Assembly: GCF_947305955.1 (NCBI RefSeq)
Contig: NZ_CAMZFB010000010.1
Location: forward strand, 2,790 to 66,789
Origin: an uncultured Brevundimonas sp.
GTDB taxonomy: Bacteria; Pseudomonadota; Alphaproteobacteria; Caulobacterales; Caulobacteraceae
DNA length: 64,000 nt
Direction of reading: 5' to 3'
Part shown: one piece after another, positions 57,929 to 64,000 of the stretch
Position numbering within the stretch: position 1 is the stretch's first letter
How the letters are laid out: each line of letters opens with the position of its first letter
Position numbers and translations under genes: made by a program
Notes under the pieces: generated by a model
What the model was told of the DNA's origin: nothing
Seen by the model: the letters and a program-made list of their open reading frames with translations, nothing else
Databases searched by the model: none

Positions 57929-59541
57929 GGGCCTTTGCCGAACTGCTGGACCGGCTGTCGCTGACAGCATCGCGCAATGCCAAGCTGCGGCTGATCGCGG
58001 ACCATCTGCGGACGGTGCCCGACCCTGATCGCGGCTGGGCGCTGGCGGCCCTGACGGGCGGCCTGTCGTTCAAGGAGGCCAAGTCCAACACCATTCGCAA
58101 GGTGGTCGAGGGCCGCGTTGATGCGGAGCTGTTCCGCCTGTCTTACGACTATGTCGGTGACCTTGCCGAGACGGTGGCCCTGATCTGGCCCACGCGGCAT
58201 GGGGCCAACCGCGAGCCGGAAGTCTCCGAGGTGATCGAGGCCCTGAACACGGCCAAGCGCGGCGAGGTGCCGGGCCTGCTCGAAAACTGGCTGGACGCGC
58301 TGGATGCGGAAGGGCGCTGGGCGCTGCTGAAACTGGTGACGGGCAGTTTGCGCGTGGGCGTTTCGGCGCGGCTGGCGTGGCAGGCGGCGGCGGATTACGG
58401 CGGCGTGGACGTGGCCGACATTCAAGAGGTCTGGCACGGACAGGAGCCGCCCTATCTCGATCTTCTGGCGTGGCTGGATGGCAAGGGCGAGCGTCCGCAA
58501 GTTGAGGCCTATGGTCGGTTCCGTCCCGTCATGCTGGCCCATCCGATCGACGAGGCGACGGAGATGCCGCGCCTGAACCCCGCCGACTTCGTGGCCGAAT
58601 GGAAATGGGACGGCATCCGCGTTCAGGCGGTGAGCGAGGGCGGCATCAAACGCCTCTATTCCCGCACGGGCGAGGATATCGGCCACGCCTTTCCCGATGT
58701 GATCGAGGCGATGGATTTCGAGGGCGTTCTGGACGGCGAACTCATCGTCATCCGCGATCGCGTGATGGGCAGTTTCTCGGACCTGCAACAGAGGCTGAAC
58801 CGCAAGAGCGTCGATGCCAAACGCATGGCGGCCTATCCTGCGGGTATCCGGGCCTATGACCTGCTGGCCGACGGGGATGAGGACACCCGCGCACTGCCTT
58901 TTTCCGAGCGGCGCGAACGGCTGGAGGCCTTCGTCGCCGCCATCGCCTCACCGCGTATAGACATCTCGCCGCTGGTCGATATCGAAAGCTGGGATCAGCT
59001 TGCCGAGCTTCGTGCCAATCCGCCCGAGGGGGATGCGCGGCTGGCCGAGGGCTTCATGCTGAAACGCCGCGACAGCGTCTATGAGGCGGGCCGCCCCAAG
59101 GGGCCGTGGTTCAAGTGGAAGCGCGACCCCATGCTGGTCGATGCCGTGCTGATGTACGCCCAGCGCGGGCACGGCAAACGCTCCAGCTTCTATTCCGACT
59201 TCACCTTCGGTGTCTGGACCACGGATGATGCGGGGCAATACGTCCTGACCCCCGTCGGCAAGGCCTATTTCGGCTTTACGGATGAAGAACTGAAACAGCT
59301 CGACAAATTCGTGCGCGACAACACCACCGACCGCTTCGGCCCCGTCCGCGCGGTCAAGGCCACGCGGCAATTCGGACTGGTCGTCGAAGTCGCCTTCGAG
59401 GGCCTGCAACGCTCCACCCGCCACAAGTCCGGCATCGCCATGCGCTTCCCCCGTATCAACCGGATACGGTGGGACAAGCCTGCGGGTGAGGCGGATGAGT
59501 TGGGGGTGTTGGAGGGGATGTTGTCGGCAAGCGAAAACTAG
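57925..59541 (+). CDS. ATP-dependent DNA ligase
   Basis: Motif I EWKWDGIR, plus LDGEL, EGFMLK and WFKWK, and an OB-fold RFPRI. Confidence 0.94.
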   Translation: MRAFAELLDRLSLTASRNAKLRLIADHLRTVPDPDRGWALAALTGGLSFKEAKSNTIRKVVEGRVDAELFRLSYDYVGDLAETVALIWPTRHGANREPEVSEVIEALNTAKRGEVPGLLENWLDALDAEGRWALLKLVTGSLRVGVSARLAWQAAADYGGVDVADIQEVWHGQEPPYLDLLAWLDGKGERPQVEAYGRFRPVMLAHPIDEATEMPRLNPADFVAEWKWDGIRVQAVSEGGIKRLYSRTGEDIGHAFPDVIEAMDFEGVLDGELIVIRDRVMGSFSDLQQRLNRKSVDAKRMAAYPAGIRAYDLLADGDEDTRALPFSERRERLEAFVAAIASPRIDISPLVDIESWDQLAELRANPPEGDARLAEGFMLKRRDSVYEAGRPKGPWFKWKRDPMLVDAVLMYAQRGHGKRSSFYSDFTFGVWTTDDAGQYVLTPVGKAYFGFTDEELKQLDKFVRDNTTDRFGPVRAVKATRQFGLVVEVAFEGLQRSTRHKSGIAMRFPRINRIRWDKPAGEADELGVLEGMLSASEN

Positions 59542-59984
59542 TCCTCAAATGCCCACATACCACGCTTATTCACCTTGGCATCATCTTCTGCTGCCAGCCA
59601 TTCACTATCCGGTGCAGCTCTCACCAAGCCTTGTTTAATCAACATAGCGTCGAGGTGTAGAGGCGCATAGATGTGGTCATCATCTGCCCAAACAACGCAA
59701 TGAGCACGTGTGGCAGCATTTTCAACGAACCTGCACTGTACAGGCCCATATCTTAAAGCAGCATCCAACTCTAAGCGTCCCGCCACTCGACAGTTTGTCT
59801 GCTGGCCACTTGCAAGGCACATCGCATCAGCTGACGGCAGTTCAATACGGTCCAACTGTACAACTGCATCACCGATCTGAATGGACCGAGCGTCAATAGC
59901 AGTGCCGCGCCCCTCGATCTTCGGCCCCACAGCTTCGACAGGAAAGATCGATTGGAGAGCGCACACCATCAGATAGATCATCAT
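59538..59984 (-). CDS. Thermonuclease (SNase-fold) family protein, apparently degenerate, AT-richer than the host
   Basis: SNase-type layout (ID..SI.IG, paired Cys, L.A.LIKQG.., AEDDAK.NKRGMW). ATG follows an AAGGAGG Shine-Dalgarno. Confidence 0.7.
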   Translation of the reverse strand: MMIYLMVCALQSIFPVEAVGPKIEGRGTAIDARSIQIGDAVVQLDRIELPSADAMCLASGQQTNCRVAGRLELDAALRYGPVQCRFVENAATRAHCVVWADDDHIYAPLHLDAMLIKQGLVRAAPDSEWLAAEDDAKVNKRGMWAFED

Positions 59985-60011
59985 TGCCCCCTCCTTCCGC
60001 CAGAGAATCTG

Positions 60012-60039
60012 CAACCTTCAACCTTCAACCTTCAACCTT
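60012..60039. repeat. Simple sequence repeat (CAACCTT)x4
   Basis: Four perfect heptamers. Confidence 0.95.
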
Positions 60040-60127
60040 TAAAGAGTTCACCCCACTACGGGACCATTAGCAATCTGGAGCATTCTCGTTAGGTGCAGAA
60101 ACTCACTCCTACCCCATATAGATCAGC

Positions 60128-62566
60128 GTGATCCCATCGCCTGACGTCCTCCTCCCCGCCCGCTTCACCGACTGGTTCGCCAGTCGGGGCTGGTCGGTGC
60201 GTCCGCATCAGTTGGCGATGGTGGAGAAGGGGCTGGCGGGTGAGGATGCCTTGCTGGTGGCACCGACGGGCGGGGGCAAGACACTGGCGGGGTTTCTGCC
60301 CAGCCTGATCGAGCTGTCGCAGCGGGAGAAGGCCCCGGGCGAACTGCCTTCGGTGCACACCCTCTACATCTCGCCGCTGAAGGCGCTGGCGGTGGATGTG
60401 GAGCGCAACCTGCTGACGCCCGTGCGCGAGATGGGACTGGATATCGCCATTGAGAGCCGAACGGGCGACACCAATCAGGCCAAGCGCGCGCGCCAGAGGC
60501 TGGCCCCGCCCGATATCCTTTTGACCACGCCCGAGCAGTTGGCCCTGTTCTGCGCGTGGGAGGGGGCGCGGGAATACTTCAAGGACCTGCGCTGTGTCGT
60601 GATCGACGAGATCCACGCCATCCACGGGTCAAAACGCGGGGACCTGTTGTCGCTGGGGCTGGCGCGGTTGCGGGCCTTTGCGCCGAGGATGCGCAGTGTC
60701 GGACTGTCGGCCACGGTGAATGACCCCAAGGCCATCCGTGGCTGGTTGTCGGACAAGGGCGACGACATCGTTTTTGGTCAGGCAGGTGCGCCGCCGGAAC
60801 TGGATGTGCTGCTCAGCGAAAACCGCGTGCCGTGGGCGGGCCACACCGCCAAACACGCCATGCAGGAGGTGTATGACACCATCAAGAGCGCTGAGACGGC
60901 GCTGGTCTTCGTCAACACGCGCTGGCAGGCGGAATATGCGTTTCAGGAGTTGTGGCGGCTGAACGACGACAGCCTGCCGATTGCGCTCCACCACGGCAGC
61001 CTGTCCGCCGAGCAACGCCGCAAGGTCGAAGCCATGATGACCAAGGGCCTGCTGAAGGCCGTGGTCTGTACCTCCACCCTCGATCTGGGCATTGACTGGG
61101 GCAATGTCGATCTGGTGATCCAGCTGGCCGCGCCCAAGGGATCGTCGCGTCTGGTGCAACGGATCGGGCGGGCCAACCACCGTCTGGACGAGCCATCGCG
61201 GGCGGTGCTGGTCCCCGCCAGCCGGTTCGAGATGCTGGAATGCCAAGCCGCCGTCGAGGCCGTTATGGAGGCCGCCCACGATGGCGAGCCGATCCGCAAC
61301 GGGGCCAAGGATGTTCTGGCCCAACACGTCATGGGCGTGGCCTGTGCGGAAGCCTTCGACCTTGAGGAGTTGTACGACGAGGTCCGTACGGCCGCCCCTT
61401 ACCGCGACCTGACGTGGGAGGATTGGGAACAGGTGGTCGATTTCGTCTCGACTGGCGGATATGCGCTGAAATCCTATGACAAATACCGCCGCATCGTGCG
61501 CGGGCGCGACGGGCTATGGAAGGCGCGAACGAAAGAGATCATCGCCCGCCACCGGATGAATGTGGGAGCCATTGTCGCGGCTCAGACCCTGAGCGTCCGC
61601 ACTCGGGGGCGGCGTGGCACGGGCCGCAAGATCGGCGACGCCGAAGAGACCCTGTTCGAGCAGATGAGCATCGGCGACAGCTTTGTCTTCGCGGGCGAGA
61701 TCTGGCGGTTCGAAGGCGTGGAAGGCACCAATGCCATCGTCAGCGCCACCAGCGATGACGACCCGATGGTGCCCAGCTGGGGCGGATCGCGCATCCCCAT
61801 TTCCTCGCACCTCGCCTATCGCGTGCGGCGGTTGATGGCCGAGCGCGACACATGGGCTCGCCTGCCCGCCGATGTTCAGGAATGGCTGGAGGCGCAGGAT
61901 GACCATTCCGGCATCCCCGCCATGGACGACCTGCTGGTCGAGACGTTCCAGCGCGGCAAGCGCCACTTCATGATCGTCTATCCGTTCGAGGGCGTTCTCG
62001 CGCACACCACCTTGGCCATGCTGCTGACACGTCGGCTGGACCGCGCGGGTGTGGGGCCGATCGGCTATGTCGCCAATGACTTTTCGCTGTGCATCTGGTC
62101 GATGCGGTCGATGGCCGATCTCGATTTCGACGCCCTGTTCGAACAGGACATGCTGGGCGACGATCTGGAAAGCTGGCTGGACGAGAGCTTCATGATGAAG
62201 AAGTCGTTCAAGGAATGCGCCCAGATCGCGGGCCTGATCGAGCGGCGCATGCCCGGCCATGAAAAGACGGGCCGTCAGGTGACCTTCTCCGCTGACCTGA
62301 TCTACGACACGCTGAGACGCCATGATCCGCAGCATCTGCTGCTGCGGTGCGCGCGCGAGGATGCGGCGCGGGGTTTGCTGGATGTGGCGCGTCTGGGTGA
62401 ATTATTGTCGCGTATCCGTGGGCGGATCAGGGTCTATAATCTGCCGAAAGTCTCGCCCTTTGCCGTGCCCATGCTGATGGAGATCGGCAAGGAACGCGCC
62501 CCCGGAACCTCTGCTGCCGATATGATGCTGGAAGACGCCGCCCTGATCGATGAGGCCATGAGTTGA
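60128..62566 (+). CDS. lhr: Lhr-family DEXH helicase (ligase-associated)
   Basis: Motifs APTGGGKT, YISPLKAL, IDEIH, GLSATV, HHGSL, LDLGIDWG and QRIGRANH. Confidence 0.92.
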   Translation: MIPSPDVLLPARFTDWFASRGWSVRPHQLAMVEKGLAGEDALLVAPTGGGKTLAGFLPSLIELSQREKAPGELPSVHTLYISPLKALAVDVERNLLTPVREMGLDIAIESRTGDTNQAKRARQRLAPPDILLTTPEQLALFCAWEGAREYFKDLRCVVIDEIHAIHGSKRGDLLSLGLARLRAFAPRMRSVGLSATVNDPKAIRGWLSDKGDDIVFGQAGAPPELDVLLSENRVPWAGHTAKHAMQEVYDTIKSAETALVFVNTRWQAEYAFQELWRLNDDSLPIALHHGSLSAEQRRKVEAMMTKGLLKAVVCTSTLDLGIDWGNVDLVIQLAAPKGSSRLVQRIGRANHRLDEPSRAVLVPASRFEMLECQAAVEAVMEAAHDGEPIRNGAKDVLAQHVMGVACAEAFDLEELYDEVRTAAPYRDLTWEDWEQVVDFVSTGGYALKSYDKYRRIVRGRDGLWKARTKEIIARHRMNVGAIVAAQTLSVRTRGRRGTGRKIGDAEETLFEQMSIGDSFVFAGEIWRFEGVEGTNAIVSATSDDDPMVPSWGGSRIPISSHLAYRVRRLMAERDTWARLPADVQEWLEAQDDHSGIPAMDDLLVETFQRGKRHFMIVYPFEGVLAHTTLAMLLTRRLDRAGVGPIGYVANDFSLCIWSMRSMADLDFDALFEQDMLGDDLESWLDESFMMKKSFKECAQIAGLIERRMPGHEKTGRQVTFSADLIYDTLRRHDPQHLLLRCAREDAARGLLDVARLGELLSRIRGRIRVYNLPKVSPFAVPMLMEIGKERAPGTSAADMMLEDAALIDEAMS

Positions 62567-63255
62567 GCCACCAGATTGTCGTGGCGGGCGAACCGTGCGT
62601 GCTGCGGGCGGCGGGGACGCTGTGGCTGCCACAGCATGGCACGCTGGTGGTGTCGGACCTGCACCTTGAGAAAGGCTCGGCCTATGCGGCCAAGGGCCAG
62701 CTTCTGCCACCCTATGACACGCGCGAGACACTGGACCGCCTGCTGGCCGAGGTGGCCGATACTGAAGCCAAGACGCTGGTTCTGCTGGGTGACAGCCTGC
62801 ACGACATGGGGGCCGTCAGCCGCATTCCCGTGGCCGAGCGCGAAGCGGTGATCGATCTGGCCCGCTCGCTCGATCTGGTCTGGATCAGCGGCAACCACGA
62901 CCCCGACGGCGGCGCGGCCTTTGGCGGGCGCTCGACCGACGAGATGCAGCTTGGAAATCTGACCCTGCGCCACGAACCGCAAGCCGGATCGCAGACGGGC
63001 GAGGTCGCGGGCCACCTTCACCCCTGCGCCAAGGTCAAGGGCGCGGGCGGGGCCGTGCGCCGCCGCTGTTTCCTCAGTGACGGCAACCGCCTGATCCTGC
63101 CCGCCTTCGGGGCCTATACGGGCGGGCTGAACGTGCTGGACGCCGCCTATGAAGGGATGTTCGCGCCCAAGGTTTGCGCCTATGTTCTGGGGCGCAAGGT
63201 CATTCCGGTCGGTACAACGAACCTGATACCCGACGGACGACGCCTCAGGGCCTGA
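62563..63255 (+). CDS. Ligase-associated metallophosphoesterase/endonuclease PdeM
   Basis: Motifs SDLHLEKG, LGDSLHD, GNHD, GHLHP and LPAFG.YTGGL. Confidence 0.92.
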   Translation: MSHQIVVAGEPCVLRAAGTLWLPQHGTLVVSDLHLEKGSAYAAKGQLLPPYDTRETLDRLLAEVADTEAKTLVLLGDSLHDMGAVSRIPVAEREAVIDLARSLDLVWISGNHDPDGGAAFGGRSTDEMQLGNLTLRHEPQAGSQTGEVAGHLHPCAKVKGAGGAVRRRCFLSDGNRLILPAFGAYTGGLNVLDAAYEGMFAPKVCAYVLGRKVIPVGTTNLIPDGRRLRA

Positions 63256-63265
63256 GCCCTGCCTG

Positions 63266-63310
63266 TACGATTGCCAGTTGTGCGATTGCCAGTTCTACGA
63301 TTGCGAGTGG
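63266..63310. repeat. Three imperfect 15-bp direct repeats upstream of the TolC-like gene
   Basis: TACGATTGCCAGTTG / TGCGATTGCCAGTTC / TACGATTGCGAGTGG. Confidence 0.85.
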
Positions 63311-63398
63311 CGAAACTCGCGCTTATTTTATTGTCATTGCTGTAAGCAACAACGGTCACCTTTGGCCGTTATGCCCATCAGCAATCCGGGGCATGTTC

Positions 63399-64000
63399 AT
63401 GATCTTAAAAAACGCAGCAGGCGCGGCACTTGTGGCAGGACTGCTGATGGCAGCGGGAGACGGGGTGGCGCAAAGCACAGAGCCTGATGCCGCCACCGCA
63501 CCCAGCGCCGCACCCGTCATGACGTTCGAACAGGCCCGCGCGCGTCTGGACAGCACCTCGTCCCTCACCCGCGCGGCCGATTACGGGGTTCAGGCCGCAC
63601 AGGCGCACGCCAATGTCGCGGCGGGGCTCCACCGACCCACGGTGTCGCTGGATGCCATGCTGATCCGCTATCGCAAGACCTTCAATCTGGACCTGTCCGA
63701 GGGGCTGGACCGCGCCCAGCAGGATATCGGCGCGGCCATTCCGGGGCTGGTATCCAACCTGCCCGGCGTGACGCCCGATCTGGCGTCGCTGGTCGAGCAA
63801 CGCCTGCAACAGGCCCTGCCCGAGATCTTCGCGGCCCTGCCCTCCGACCTACGACTGCGGATGGAGGAAACCTCGTTCCGGCCCACGGTCACGGCGATCC
63901 AGCCCATCTATAGCGGCGGGGCGATCCCCGCCCTGCAACGCGCGGCACAGGCCAATGTCGCGCTGGCCGAGGCGCGCCGCGCCGAAGCCGGAGAGCTGGA
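63399..64000 (+). CDS. TolC-family outer membrane protein, 3' truncated by the window
   Basis: Open frame absent from the ORF track because it has no stop. Signal peptide, MTFEQARARL, RPTVSLDA and QPIYSGGAI..LQRAAQ. Confidence 0.8.
   Translation, partial: MILKNAAGAALVAGLLMAAGDGVAQSTEPDAATAPSAAPVMTFEQARARLDSTSSLTRAADYGVQAAQAHANVAAGLHRPTVSLDAMLIRYRKTFNLDLSEGLDRAQQDIGAAIPGLVSNLPGVTPDLASLVEQRLQQALPEIFAALPSDLRLRMEETSFRPTVTAIQPIYSGGAIPALQRAAQANVALAEARRAEAGEL

Overview
High-GC alphaproteobacterial chromosome segment, most like Caulobacteraceae (Brevundimonas-like), judged from the CtrA box, the sigma54 flgF promoter, the alphaproteobacterial LexA box and gene order. It is mostly core genes: a partial Y-family polymerase, pncA, fbp, the glycine-riboswitch gcvT-H-PA-PB operon, the F0 ATP synthase operon, dgt-ftsN-nagZ-scpA-scpB, erpA, an SdpR/SdpI-like module, pyrC, ygfZ, tag, rnhB, pyk, tRNA-Leu, fliL/fliM/flgFGAH, msrA, tRNA-Ser, imuA-imuB-dnaE2, the exonuclease-ligase-Lhr-PdeM repair cluster and a partial TolC. 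The strongest leads are (1) a three-copy 43-bp structured repeat with a compensatory base change between ygfZ and tag; (2) an AT-richer insert at tRNA-Ser encoding a stand-alone 1196-aa UPF1-like helicase, a defence candidate; (3) an orphan adenine methyltransferase downstream of rnhB, where ccrM is usually expected; and (4) several single foreign-looking genes inserted into conserved operons. No CRISPR array, intact integrase or transposase was seen. Family assignments come from motif recognition and memory, not database searches. GC differences are judged by eye.
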